The notes under the pieces are model-generated. The model was not told the DNA's origin. It made no database searches and was given only the letters and a program-made list of their open reading frames with translations. This document shows positions 28,373-38,147 of a DNA stretch of 64,000 bases, in pieces. This stretch comes from an uncultured delta proteobacterium (GTDB lineage Bacteria > Myxococcota_A > Polyangia > Polyangiales > JAFGIB01): positions 256,001 to 320,000 of the forward strand of contig CAVZVA010000002.1 of assembly GCA_963778655.1 (NCBI GenBank), read 5' to 3'. Within the stretch, counting starts at the first letter, position 1. Each line of letters starts with the position of its first letter. Made by a program: the position numbers and the translations under genes.

Positions 28373-29524
28373 CTAGAAAAAGCGGAGAACCGGGCCGACA
28401 CCAATGAGCACGGCAACAGGCGTGAGCGCGCGCTCGCCTGCTACGCCTCCTTGTGCATCTAGCGCTTGAATGTGGTGCTTGGCCAGCGGAACGGCGAGAT
28501 CCACGCTGCCGGCCAGCGCGAGCCAGGGCGGAGCCAGCATGGCCTGGGCTTCTATGCCGCCGACCATGGCGCTCCAGGGAACAGACTGCGTCAGCTCCGG
28601 CGAGAAGCCACGGCCGCGCGTGACCAGCGCGCCGGCGATCACGCCCAGGCAACCCAGCACGCGCAGGCGGTTGGCCGCGTCGACCGCGCCGCAGGCGTCC
28701 AGCCGTCCGGCGAGCAAGGCCACGTAGAAGGTGCTGCCCTCGGGCGTGCCGCGTAGAGACTGGTGGTCGAGCTGCGATGCCATCACGCCCAGCCGCAGGT
28801 CCAGCCACGGCACGAAGCCGAGCTCGACGCGGGAGGACGCGGCCCACGCCGGATCGGTCAACAGACCCGAGGTGGCTTGACCGAGCACGCCGAGCCCGAG
28901 CCGGAAGTAGGGCGGGCCGGGTTTCTCGCGCGGCGCCGGCGCCAGCAGCTGCTCGTCGGAGGGCAAGGCGGCGGCCTTCGCGCCTTCTCCCATCAGCGAA
29001 GCGTCGATCGCGAGCGCGATCGATAGCGCGACCGCGGCGTGGAGCTGCTCGCAGTCGAGGGCCGCGTCCGCGAGCGTGCGCTCGGCGTGCTCGCCGCCGC
29101 GGTCGATCCGGAACTGGACGCGGTTTTTGTCGCTGGCATCGCCTCGCACGTCGATGCGGATGCGGGCGTCGATGGCGTCGCGGCGCAGCCAGCGCGCCAC
29201 GCGCCGCACCAGCCGCTCGCGCTCCAGACAGCTCGCGCCCGGAGCCAGCGTGATCGCGCTTTCGAGCGGTTGCACCGGCACGGCGCCGGGACCGGGCGGC
29301 CGCGAGCTGGGGCCCGGCAACGGCGCGCCCGGGGCGGGGGCCGCGGGCGGCGCGGGCGGCGGGGAGCTCGGCGCCGGCGCAGACGGCTGCGGCGGGCCAG
29401 CCGCGGGGGCCGGCGCCGCGGGCGGCTGCGCGGCCGCGCCCGCCAGCACGGGCGCCATCCGTGCCGGCGCCAACAGCGCGAGCACCAGCACGAGCACGCT
29501 GCTGGCCTGAGCTCTGGGCACCAT
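28373..29524 (-). CDS. Secreted protein with C-terminal outer-membrane beta-barrel-like domain
   Basis: Signal peptide, Pro-rich linker, C..C alpha/beta domain (ALSIALAID), amphipathic strands, C-terminal RFF. Confidence 0.7.
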   Translation of the reverse strand: MVPRAQASSVLVLVLALLAPARMAPVLAGAAAQPPAAPAPAAGPPQPSAPAPSSPPPAPPAAPAPGAPLPGPSSRPPGPGAVPVQPLESAITLAPGASCLERERLVRRVARWLRRDAIDARIRIDVRGDASDKNRVQFRIDRGGEHAERTLADAALDCEQLHAAVALSIALAIDASLMGEGAKAAALPSDEQLLAPAPREKPGPPYFRLGLGVLGQATSGLLTDPAWAASSRVELGFVPWLDLRLGVMASQLDHQSLRGTPEGSTFYVALLAGRLDACGAVDAANRLRVLGCLGVIAGALVTRGRGFSPELTQSVPWSAMVGGIEAQAMLAPPWLALAGSVDLAVPLAKHHIQALDAQGGVAGERALTPVAVLIGVGPVLRFF

Positions 29525-29794
29525 CTGTCGGAAGTGATCCGTCCGGGCAGCGGTCTGTGCGACCGGCAGGCAGCGGCCCCACCCACCCGATGACGGGGTT
29601 GCCTGCTTCGGCCTTCTACCCTGCCGCTTCCCGCGGCGACAAGCGCAGCGGGCCGCATCCGCCGAGCCGCAGCCGAGTCGGGGCGTGCACAGCTCTGGAA
29701 TTGGAAGGCGCGGCCCCGGGCCCGCGTGACCCGCGACGCCGCTGCCGTACACTAGACAGGGCTGGTGTGGCGCTTGGCGGCGCCCGCGGTTGGG

Positions 29795-31045
29795 ATGACG
29801 ATGAGGGTTAGCGGCTGCTGTCTGTGTGTCGGGTTCTTCGCATCGGTCTGCGCCTTCGCAGGCTGCGGCGAGACCACGCAGACCGTGGGCAGCCTCAAAG
29901 CCGCCTCCAACCTCGGCGCGAGCCAAGGCGTCCTTCCCGCTGCCGGCAACCGCCCCACCACGGCCGCGCACACCGACGCAGGCGCGGCCAGCGCGGCCAC
30001 GGGCAGCAGCGGGAGCGCGGGCCAGGGCAGCGGCGTCGCCGTGGCGGGCGGCGCAGGGGTCGGCGTGCCCACAAGCGGCAACCTCCCCATCCTGCCACCC
30101 CCGCCTCCGCCCCCGGGCGTCGCGTGCGCCGGCAGCTCGACACCGGCCACCCCGCGCCAGTTCGACCTCTATCTGATGATCGACACGAACATCACGATCC
30201 CGCTCTCCGGAGCCTGGGACAACGTGCGCGACGGCTTGGTCAGCTACGCCAACGACCGCTGCGCCGATGGCGTCGGGGTCGGCGTTCGCTACTTCGGCGT
30301 GGACTGCAACGCGAGCACCTACGCCACGCCCACCACCCCGACCGCGCCGTTGCCGCAGAACGCAGCCGCCATCGAGCAGGACATCCCGAAGACGCCCTTC
30401 ATGGCGTCGCCGACGCTGCCGGCGCTGCAGGGCGCGCTGACGTACTCGGGCATGCGGGCGCAGAGCCTTCCCGACTCGAAGCAGATCGTGGTGCTGATCT
30501 CCGACGGCTTCTACGACTTCATCTGCCAGGGCCCCAGCACCGTGGCGAGCGTGTTCTCGGCCGGCAGCAGCTCCGCTCCCGTCACGCCCACCTACGTGCT
30601 CGCGCTCGACGCGCCCAATCTGATCAACGTGCCCGGGCTGTCGCAATTGCTGAGCCCGGTGGTGCGCTTCGATCCGCTGGATACGATCGCGCAGAGCGGC
30701 GGCACGGGCAAAGCGCGCCACATCGACCTGCAAGCCGATCCTTCGGTGTTCGCGCAGAGCCTGGTCGACATTCAGCACGACGCCCAGCCCTGCGACTACG
30801 CCGTTCCCGACGCGGTGCGCGCCGATCCCACGGCGATGGCGGTCGGGCTCAAGGACGACGCAGGCGCACAGACCGCGCTGGCGCAGGTCTCGGACGCCGC
30901 GGCGTGCGCCCAGGCCTCGCAGGACGGCTACTACCTGGACGACCCCGCCGACCCGAGCTGGGCCGTGCTCTGCCCAAGCACGTGCGCTGCGGTCAAGGCT
31001 GGCTGCGACCAGGTGGTGTGGGTGACCGGCTGCCCGGCCCCGTGA
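29795..31045 (+). CDS. vWA-domain lipoprotein (CglB-like) with degenerate MIDAS
   Basis: FAGC lipobox, DLYLMIDTNIT, SPTLPALQGA, VVLISDG, IAQSGGT, Cys-rich C-terminus. Confidence 0.75.
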   Translation: MTMRVSGCCLCVGFFASVCAFAGCGETTQTVGSLKAASNLGASQGVLPAAGNRPTTAAHTDAGAASAATGSSGSAGQGSGVAVAGGAGVGVPTSGNLPILPPPPPPPGVACAGSSTPATPRQFDLYLMIDTNITIPLSGAWDNVRDGLVSYANDRCADGVGVGVRYFGVDCNASTYATPTTPTAPLPQNAAAIEQDIPKTPFMASPTLPALQGALTYSGMRAQSLPDSKQIVVLISDGFYDFICQGPSTVASVFSAGSSSAPVTPTYVLALDAPNLINVPGLSQLLSPVVRFDPLDTIAQSGGTGKARHIDLQADPSVFAQSLVDIQHDAQPCDYAVPDAVRADPTAMAVGLKDDAGAQTALAQVSDAAACAQASQDGYYLDDPADPSWAVLCPSTCAAVKAGCDQVVWVTGCPAP

Positions 31046-31071
31046 CGGCGCGCCTGCGCCAAGCGACCACC

Positions 31072-32076
31072 TCAAGCCGATGGCGGGATGTCGGGCGGAC
31101 CGCCGCCGCCCAGCAGCTCGAGCGCGGCGCGACGGCGGCTGACCAGCACGCGCGCCGGCTCGCCGCGCCGCTCCAGACGCAGCTCGCACGCGGCCAGCTT
31201 GGTGTTGAGGCAGAGCTTGTGCCCCCCGGGCGGATCGCCGTAGCGCAGCGCCACGAAGGCTTCGCGCGGGCCATGCACGTGGAGCGTCACGCGCAGACCA
31301 TGAGCCGCGCTGTGCGCGCGCAGCTCGAGCCCGTCGATGCGCGCGCGGGCCGCGGCGGCGGTGAGCAGCCCGTTGAGCCTGAGCTCCTCGCCGCGCGTGC
31401 GCAGCACCAGCAGCGTGAGCAGCTTGCTGGTGACCGGCCCCAGCTGCACGCGCGCGCTGGCGCATTCGAGGAAGGCGTCCGGCTCGTCGTCGAAGCCGGC
31501 CACCTGGGCCCAGGCGTAGCGCGCGGTGTGGCGTTCGCCCCAGTTGTGGTTCTGGCTGCCGACCCAGTCGTCGACCTCGACCTGTGTCCCGTCGATCTCG
31601 AGCGCGCCGTCAAAGCGCGCGTTCGGCGTGCCGACCAGGCTCTTGGCTTTGGGAAAGCCAGCTTGGTAGAGCCGCGGCGGCAGCAGCAACAGCGGCGCCT
31701 GCCCGGTGCCATGCCGCAGCGACCAGCCGATACGGTGCGCGGCGCCCTGCGCGGCGCCTTGCGAGCGATCCTGCTCGAGGGTCGCGCTGCCGATGCGCAC
31801 CGCGAGCTCGCTGTTCGAGAACGCGCACGCGGCCAGCGGCTCGCGCTGCGTGGCGACCGCGATCCGCCCCCGCTCGCCGTCGAAGTAGATCGCCCACAGC
31901 TCGCCCACGGCGTCCTCGGCCCGGCCGCGCGGCGACAGCAGCGTGTAGCGGATCCAGAAGGCCAGCGGCCGGCTGGGATGGTTGGCGCGCTGGAAATAGC
32001 TCTCGTAATGGCCGCGCGTGTCCCCGTCGCGGTAGCGACACGCGTTGCACTCTGCCCTTGTTTCCAGCTTATTCAC
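31072..32076 (-). CDS. Hypothetical protein, tocopherol-cyclase/AttH-like beta fold
   Basis: HYESYFQRAN..AFWIRYT, GSQNHNWG..YAWAQ; start uncertain. Confidence 0.6.
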   Translation of the reverse strand: MNKLETRAECNACRYRDGDTRGHYESYFQRANHPSRPLAFWIRYTLLSPRGRAEDAVGELWAIYFDGERGRIAVATQREPLAACAFSNSELAVRIGSATLEQDRSQGAAQGAAHRIGWSLRHGTGQAPLLLLPPRLYQAGFPKAKSLVGTPNARFDGALEIDGTQVEVDDWVGSQNHNWGERHTARYAWAQVAGFDDEPDAFLECASARVQLGPVTSKLLTLLVLRTRGEELRLNGLLTAAAARARIDGLELRAHSAAHGLRVTLHVHGPREAFVALRYGDPPGGHKLCLNTKLAACELRLERRGEPARVLVSRRRAALELLGGGGPPDIPPSA

Positions 32077-32212
32077 GGCCCCACGCACGGTCCGCCGCTG
32101 GCTCCAGCAAGACGGCGGCGCTATCGTGCCTCGGAAGGGGGGTCGGGCCAATCCCGACCGCCAGGTCAAGGCTCGTTCCGGTCGCAGTCCCCGTCCCGCA
32201 AGGAGCTCCATC

Positions 32213-33718
32213 GTGGTTCAGGCGCCGCGCACGCCGCAGACGGGTGAGCTGATCGCCGGCAAGTACAGCGTCGAAGAGGAGCTGGGCAGCGGCGGGATGG
32301 GCTCGGTCTACGCGGCGCGGCATTCGTCGACCGGGCGCCGCTTCGCGATCAAGCTGCTCAAGCCGCAGCTCGCCGGCGACGCGGAAGCGGAGGCGCGCTT
32401 CCTGCGCGAGGCGCGGCTCGCCAGCGCGATCGATCATCCCGCCATCGTGGACGTGTACGACGTGGGCCGCCACGCGGGATCGCCCTATATGGTGATGAAG
32501 CTGCTCGACGGCGAGAGCCTGGGCGAGCGCATCAAACGCGGCCCGCTCGCGCCCGACGAGGCGATCGCGATCATGCTGCCCGTGCTCGATGGGATCGCCG
32601 CGGCGCACGAGCGCGACATCGTGCACCGCGATCTGAAGCCCGACAACATCCTACTGCAGCGCGAGGGCGCCGACGTGCAGCCGAAGGTGCTCGACTTCGG
32701 CATCTCCAAGTTGCTCGGACCCGATGCGCGCACGCGCCTGACCAAGAGCGGGATCTCGCTGGGCACGCCGCTCTATATGTCGCCCGAGCAGGTGCGCGGC
32801 GACGACGACGTGGACGCGCGGGCGGACGTGTACGCGCTGGGCGTGATCCTGTACGAGATGCTGACCGGCGTGCGCCCGTACGAGGGCAACAACTACGCAG
32901 ACCTGGTGCTCAAGATCGTGATGGGCGGCGCGCCTGGCGCGCGCGAGCGCAACCCCGCGGTGCCGCGCGCGCTCGACACCGTGGTGATGCGCGCGATGGC
33001 GCTGGCGCGCGAGGACCGCTACCCGGGCGTGCGGCGCTTCGCGGCCGACCTGCAGCTGGTGCGCAGCGGCAATCCGGCGCGCATCGACGCACGGCTGTCG
33101 CGCTCGCGCGAGTCGAGCGCGAGCACGCCCTTCACCGCAGAGGCGGAGCGCGCTTCGGCCGCGGAGCAGCGGTTGCGGAGCCGCTCGCTCTACTATCTGG
33201 TGGGCGCGCTGGCCGCGCTCGCGGTTGGCGCGGCCGCGCTGTGGTGGCTGCGGCCCGTGACGCCGCAGGCGCAGGCCGGCACTGCGCCGGGCCAGCGGCC
33301 CGCTGCCGCCGGCGCGCCGCCCGCGCTCGCGCCCCCGAGCCGGCCGCTGGCGGTTGCCACGGCGCCGGCCCTGAGCGCGCCGGCCGCCGCACCTTCCGCG
33401 ACTCCGGCCCTGCGGTCTGCGACGCAGCAGCCGGCGGCACCCGCGCCCGCGCCCAGCCGCACCCCTCGGGCAGCCGCGGTGCCGAGCCGGCCCGAGCCCG
33501 CGGCCGAGCGCGTACCCGCAAGAGCGCACGCCCGGCAGCCGGCCGCCCAGCGCGCGTATGAGCAGCGGCGTGCGCAGCGTGCCCGCAAGCACGAGCCTGC
33601 GCCGACCGCCGCGGAGCCGCCCGCGCCGCCAGCTGTGGCGCCGTCCGCCCCGAGCGCGACGCCTGCCAGACCGCCGATCGAGGTGCCGACCGAGATCATC
33701 GACCCCTTCGAGAACTGA
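32213..33718 (+). CDS. Hanks-type Ser/Thr protein kinase with TM and Pro/Ala-rich tail
   Basis: LGSGGMGSV, AIK, HRDLKPDN, DFG, GTPLYMSPEQ; AGGAG SD. Confidence 0.95.
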   Translation: MVQAPRTPQTGELIAGKYSVEEELGSGGMGSVYAARHSSTGRRFAIKLLKPQLAGDAEAEARFLREARLASAIDHPAIVDVYDVGRHAGSPYMVMKLLDGESLGERIKRGPLAPDEAIAIMLPVLDGIAAAHERDIVHRDLKPDNILLQREGADVQPKVLDFGISKLLGPDARTRLTKSGISLGTPLYMSPEQVRGDDDVDARADVYALGVILYEMLTGVRPYEGNNYADLVLKIVMGGAPGARERNPAVPRALDTVVMRAMALAREDRYPGVRRFAADLQLVRSGNPARIDARLSRSRESSASTPFTAEAERASAAEQRLRSRSLYYLVGALAALAVGAAALWWLRPVTPQAQAGTAPGQRPAAAGAPPALAPPSRPLAVATAPALSAPAAAPSATPALRSATQQPAAPAPAPSRTPRAAAVPSRPEPAAERVPARAHARQPAAQRAYEQRRAQRARKHEPAPTAAEPPAPPAVAPSAPSATPARPPIEVPTEIIDPFEN

Positions 33719-34434
33719 TGTCGCGTCGCAAGCCCAGCCCGACCCTGCGCCGCCCGTGGCCACGGCCTGTCTGGCCGGCGATCGAGCTCGCCTGCCTGCT
33801 CGCGCTGCTGCCGGCCTGCGGGGACGCGGTCGGCAATCCGATCACGCGCGCGCCGCTGACGATGAGCGACGCGGCCGTGGTGGTCGCCCCCCCGCACGAC
33901 GCCAGCCTAGGCGACGCCGGCCCGGACGATTCCGCAGACCCCCACGATGTCCCGAACAGCGGTCATTGCGCCCAGGTCGTCAAGTGGTCACGGCAGGCCG
34001 CGGACGATGAGGAGGCGCTGATGCGGGTTATCAACGGGTGGCGCGCTACCAACCCCGCCTGCGGCGGCGGCAGCAGCAGCGGTGGCCACCAGCCATGGAG
34101 CTCGCCACCCCCCCCGCTGGAGGTCTCGCCCGAGCTGCGCTGCTCGGCACGGCTGCATAGCCAGGACATGGCGGTGCGCGGCTACTTCACGGTGGACGAT
34201 CCCGGCGGTAAGGACCCGGGTCAGCGCATGACCGACGCAGGCTTCGCGCACGGACCCGACGACTTCAGCGAGCTCATCGGACAGTTCGCGAGGATCGACG
34301 CCTCGAACGTGCTGAACACCATTCTTCAGAAGGTTCCGCGGGCCTGCACGACACTCGCGGACCGCAGCTTGACCGCCCTCGGTGTAGGACGGTACGGGCA
34401 ATATCTGACCATCGACTTGGCGGGGCCGCCGTGA
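33718..34434 (+). CDS. CAP/SCP-domain lipoprotein
   Basis: LPAC lipobox, INGWRA, LRCSARLHSQDMA..YF, LGVG. Confidence 0.8.
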   Translation: MSRRKPSPTLRRPWPRPVWPAIELACLLALLPACGDAVGNPITRAPLTMSDAAVVVAPPHDASLGDAGPDDSADPHDVPNSGHCAQVVKWSRQAADDEEALMRVINGWRATNPACGGGSSSGGHQPWSSPPPPLEVSPELRCSARLHSQDMAVRGYFTVDDPGGKDPGQRMTDAGFAHGPDDFSELIGQFARIDASNVLNTILQKVPRACTTLADRSLTALGVGRYGQYLTIDLAGPP

Positions 34435-34438
34435 CCGC

Positions 34439-34466
34439 TGAGCTGCGGCCACTCGCTGCGGGAACT
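34439..34466 (+). promoter_or_regulatory. Putative autoregulatory leaderless ECF promoter, motif B
   Basis: TGAGC-N17-GGAACT, 5 nt before the ECF-2 ATG. Confidence 0.55.
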
Positions 34467-34471
34467 ACCTG

Positions 34472-35131
34472 ATGTCGACCATGCCCCCAGCGCAGCGACC
34501 CAAGCCAACGATCGGAGCTGCTCCGGGGCCGAGCCGCGTGCTCGAGCTGCCGGTCCCGAGCTCCGACGAGGGGCTGGTGGCGGCGCTGTGCGCGGGCCGG
34601 CGGGACGCGCGGCTGGCGCTGTTCGACCGCTACGCGCGCGACGTCGAGCGCGTGCTCTACCGCGTGCTCGGGCCGGACCCGGACATCGCCGACCTGCTGC
34701 AGGACGTGTTCGTGGTGGCGCTGGGATCGATCCACGGCTTGCGCGACCCGGCGGCGCTGCGCGGTTGGCTCACTGGCATCACCGTGCGCAAGGCGCGCAA
34801 GCACATCCTCAAACGCCGCCGCTGGCGCTTCATCCAGCTCTACGCGCCCGCGGAGCTGCCCGAGCGCGAGGCCTCGCTGCCCCCGCCCGAGGTGAGCGAA
34901 GCGCTGCGCTGCACCTACGCGGTGATGGAACAGCTCGCGCCCGACGAGCGCGTGGCGTTCGCGCTGCGTTACATCGACGGGATGGAGCTGCAGGCGATCG
35001 CCGATGCGTGCAAGGTCTCGCTCTCCACGGTGAAGCGTCGCGTCGCGCGCGCGCAGCGCAGCTTCACCGCGCGCGCCGCGCGCTATGCGGCGCTGGCCGA
35101 ATGGCTCGAGCGCGGAGGGCTGCGCAAGTGA
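34472..35131 (+). CDS. ECF sigma factor (ECF-2)
   Basis: LFDRYARDV..DLLQDVF..GWL; ERVAFALRYIDGMELQAIA..SLSTVKRR. Confidence 0.92.
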   Translation: MSTMPPAQRPKPTIGAAPGPSRVLELPVPSSDEGLVAALCAGRRDARLALFDRYARDVERVLYRVLGPDPDIADLLQDVFVVALGSIHGLRDPAALRGWLTGITVRKARKHILKRRRWRFIQLYAPAELPEREASLPPPEVSEALRCTYAVMEQLAPDERVAFALRYIDGMELQAIADACKVSLSTVKRRVARAQRSFTARAARYAALAEWLERGGLRK

Positions 35132-36423
35132 ACGAGCTCGAACAGCTCGGCCGGCGGATCGCGTACGAGCAGGACGCGCTGCGCGAGCGCGCGCGCGAGG
35201 ACACCGGCGTGCGCCATGTGCGCGAGCGCCTGCACGCGCTGCAACTGCCGGCGCGCAGCACCCGGCGCGTGCCGTACGCGGCGTGGATCGCGGGCGCGGG
35301 GTTGGCGGCTGCCGCTGGGCTTTGGCTGTGGCTGGGTGCGCCCGGCCCGCGCCCGCTCGGCGTGGTGGTGGTCGGCTCGGGCCGCACGCTGTCAGCCGGC
35401 GCCTGGATCGAGGCGCCGCACAGCGCCGCGCTCTCGCTGCGCTTCTCGGACGGCACGCGGGTGGCGATGGCGCCGCGCGCGCGCGCGCGCCTGGTCGAGA
35501 TCGACGCCAAGGGCGCGCACCTGCTGCTCGAAAGCGGCCGCGCGCGGGTCGCGGTGGTGCACCGCCCGCACGCGCGCTGGCGCGTGAGCGCGGGCCCGTT
35601 CGCGGTGCACGTGACCGGCACGCGCTTCGAGGTCGGCTGGGATCCCGAGAACGATTGCTTCGCGCTCGATCTGACCCGGGGGCGGGTCGAGGTCGCCGGC
35701 TGCCTGTTCGGGGCGCAGGGCTACCGCATGCACGCCGGCCAGCGCCTGGAGGCCTCGTGCAAGAACCGCCGCTTCGACGTGGCCGAGCCCGGGCTCGAGC
35801 CCGCTCCGAGCGCGCCCGCCATGCTGCAAGCGGCGGCGCCCGCACAGGCGGCGCCCGCACGGCTGCCCGCGGCACACGGCGGGCTACGCGCAGCAGCCAA
35901 TACGCCGCCGCGCGCTCGCGTCGCGGCCCGCGCCCGGCGCAACGTCCCTCGCGCGGCCGGCCCGAGCTGGCGCGCGCTGGCGCGACAAGGACGCTACGCC
36001 GAAGCGCTCGCAGTCACCGACTTCGAAGCCGACTGCCGGCACGCCGACGCGCGCCAGCTCACCACGCTGGCGGACACCGCGCGCTATGCGGGTGCCGCGG
36101 ACAAGGAAGAGCTGGCGCTGCGCCTGTTACGGCAGCGCTTCCCCGGCACGCCGCGCGCGGCGCTCGCCGCGTACTCGCTGGGGCGCCTGGAATTCGACGT
36201 CCACGGCGGGTTCTCGCGCGCGGCCGAGTGGTTTCGCACCTACTTGAGCGAGCGGCCCCAGGGCGCGCTCGCGCGTGAGGCGCGCGGCCGGCTGATGGAG
36301 GCCACGCTGCGCTCGGGCGACATGGACGGCGCCCGAGCGCTTGCGCGGCGCTATCTGCACGACTACGCCCAGGGCCCCCACGCGACGCTCGCGCGAGGTC
36401 TGCTGGAGACCGCGGCGCCATAG
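35128..36423 (+). CDS. FecR-domain anti-sigma factor with C-terminal TPR
   Basis: GTGA overlap; TM helix; FSDGT..LESGRA..AGPFAVHVTGTRFEV..GRVEV; TPR-like end. Confidence 0.85.
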   Translation: MNELEQLGRRIAYEQDALRERAREDTGVRHVRERLHALQLPARSTRRVPYAAWIAGAGLAAAAGLWLWLGAPGPRPLGVVVVGSGRTLSAGAWIEAPHSAALSLRFSDGTRVAMAPRARARLVEIDAKGAHLLLESGRARVAVVHRPHARWRVSAGPFAVHVTGTRFEVGWDPENDCFALDLTRGRVEVAGCLFGAQGYRMHAGQRLEASCKNRRFDVAEPGLEPAPSAPAMLQAAAPAQAAPARLPAAHGGLRAAANTPPRARVAARARRNVPRAAGPSWRALARQGRYAEALAVTDFEADCRHADARQLTTLADTARYAGAADKEELALRLLRQRFPGTPRAALAAYSLGRLEFDVHGGFSRAAEWFRTYLSERPQGALAREARGRLMEATLRSGDMDGARALARRYLHDYAQGPHATLARGLLETAAP

Positions 36424-36684
36424 CAGCCGATCTCGCACGGTCGAGCGTGCTCGTGCCAATCCCTTTGCGCTGGCCCTGGCCCATGCGCGACTATGACGAA
36501 CGAGTCGGGCAGGTCGAGTCCTCCGCCCGGGTGACCTTGATCGATGACGGTGTCCGAGGCGGTACCGAGCGGGGCGTCGGTTGGCGAAGCCAGGGCGGCC
36601 CGTGCTTCGAGGACGGCGGCGCCGCGGGCAGTCCCTGGTCGGCCGCCGGCACGATCGAGGTCACCCGGGCGGAGGACGAGGCGC

Positions 36685-37842
36685 ATGGCAATGGACAGGG
36701 GCTCGGCAGCGAGCACCGCGCGCACCGTCGCGGCAGGGATGGCGTGGGCGCTCGCATTGAGCGCACTGGCCGCGCCGGGCGTGACCCGCGCGCAGGCGCC
36801 GGCCGCCGAGGCGACCCGTGGCGGCACGCTGTTGCTGGTGCGCACGCCCGGCGACGACGCGATCGTGCGCCACATCCTGGGTGAGCTGGGCGCGGCCGAC
36901 TGGCACGTCGTCGAGCTCGAAGCCGATCCACGCCTGCAGCACGAGCCGTTGCCCGGCCTCGCCAGGAGCCACGCGGCCGACGCAGGCCTGCGCGTCGACG
37001 CGGTGCACGCGCAGGTCGAGCTGTGGGCTGCCGGCGCCGGCGGCAACGAGCCCGGCAAGCTCGAGACACTGGGCGCGCAGGATACGGACCGCAGCGTGCT
37101 CGCGGTTCAGGTGGCCGAGGTGCTGCGTGCGCTGAGCCTCTCGCTCGCGCGCGGCCGTGCGCCTGTCGGGCCACCGCAGCAAGAGCGGCTTGCGCCGCCG
37201 GAGCCACCGCGGCCCAAGCCGCCAGCGCCGGCCCAGCCGCCCTCAGCCGCGCCCGCACAGCCGCGGCCGCAGGCGGAGCCCGAGCCCGAAGAGCGCGAGC
37301 AGCCAACCGAGCCGCCGCGTCCGATTTCGTGGCCGCGGCTGTGGCTGGAGCTCGCGCCCGCGGCCTCATTCGCGCCGGGCGGCTTGGGGGCGGCGCTGCA
37401 GGGCCTGGCCAGCGCGCGCCTCCAGCCGGCGCGGGCCTGGTCGATCGCCCTGTTCGCGCTGGTGCCGCTGCTCAACGATTCGTTGCAGCAGGCGGAAGGC
37501 CGCGCGCGTGTCTCGAATCTGCTGGTGGGCGCGACGCTCGAGCTGCACCTCGCGGGCGCACGCAGCGAGCTGACGCTGAGCTCGGGTGCTGCCCTTTTGG
37601 TCTCGAGCATGAGCGGCCAAGCCACCGCCCCGCTTCGCGGCGTCCACGACACGGTGTTCGCGGCCGCCTTGCTCGTGGGTCCCGCCGCGCACGTGGAGCT
37701 CGGCGGGGGCTTCCGATTGTGCGCCCGGGCGCTCGCAGGCCTCACCCTGCCGCGCATCGCCGTGCACCTCGCGGGCCGACAAGCGGCCAGCTGGGGACGC
37801 CCCTTGCTGGTCGGAACGCTGGGACTCGAGCGGGCGTTCTAG
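36685..37842 (+). CDS. Secreted protein with C-terminal outer-membrane beta-barrel-like domain
   Basis: Signal peptide ending RAQA, LAVQVAEVLRA helix, Pro-rich linker, amphipathic strands, terminal Phe. Confidence 0.7.
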   Translation: MAMDRGSAASTARTVAAGMAWALALSALAAPGVTRAQAPAAEATRGGTLLLVRTPGDDAIVRHILGELGAADWHVVELEADPRLQHEPLPGLARSHAADAGLRVDAVHAQVELWAAGAGGNEPGKLETLGAQDTDRSVLAVQVAEVLRALSLSLARGRAPVGPPQQERLAPPEPPRPKPPAPAQPPSAAPAQPRPQAEPEPEEREQPTEPPRPISWPRLWLELAPAASFAPGGLGAALQGLASARLQPARAWSIALFALVPLLNDSLQQAEGRARVSNLLVGATLELHLAGARSELTLSSGAALLVSSMSGQATAPLRGVHDTVFAAALLVGPAAHVELGGGFRLCARALAGLTLPRIAVHLAGRQAASWGRPLLVGTLGLERAF

Positions 37843-38087
37843 ATCAGAGCTCGCGATTCAGGATCGAATCACAAGCTCTGATTTCTCCTTTGATCGTCAG
37901 GGAGTCGCGCCGACTCCCTGTGCGCGAGCCAAAGCCTCGCCCATTCACCCTCTCGCGATGGTGCGGCATCCGCCGCACCGCTACATGACCGATCGGCACG
38001 GCCGTTCCCGAATCGTGATCGGTCATTTAGCTGATGCGCGGGCCTCGTGGCAGGCGTGCAATCCGCCGCGCAGCGCCACAGATGGCG

Positions 38088-38115
38088 TGAGCCAAGCTTG
38101 CGCGCGCGGGGAACT
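38088..38115 (+). promoter_or_regulatory. Putative ECF promoter, motif B copy
   Basis: TGAGC-N17-GGAACT, 32 nt upstream of the ATG at 38148. Confidence 0.55.
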
Positions 38116-38147
38116 GATCGTCCATACCCCCAGGTTGCGAGGACGGA

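Noticed and set aside
29525..31465. 1030-aa ORF 28373..31465 as one protein, and other long Arg/Ala/Pro-rich ORFs (e.g. 44631..47801, 29824..32247)
   Set aside because: Shadow frames of real genes in very GC-rich DNA; only the 3' part (28373..29524) looks genuine
32213..35131. Kinase-activated ECF (EcfK/EcfP type)
   Set aside because: ECF-2 has an ordinary acidic region 2.2 and a cognate FecR anti-sigma; proximity to the kinase is not enough
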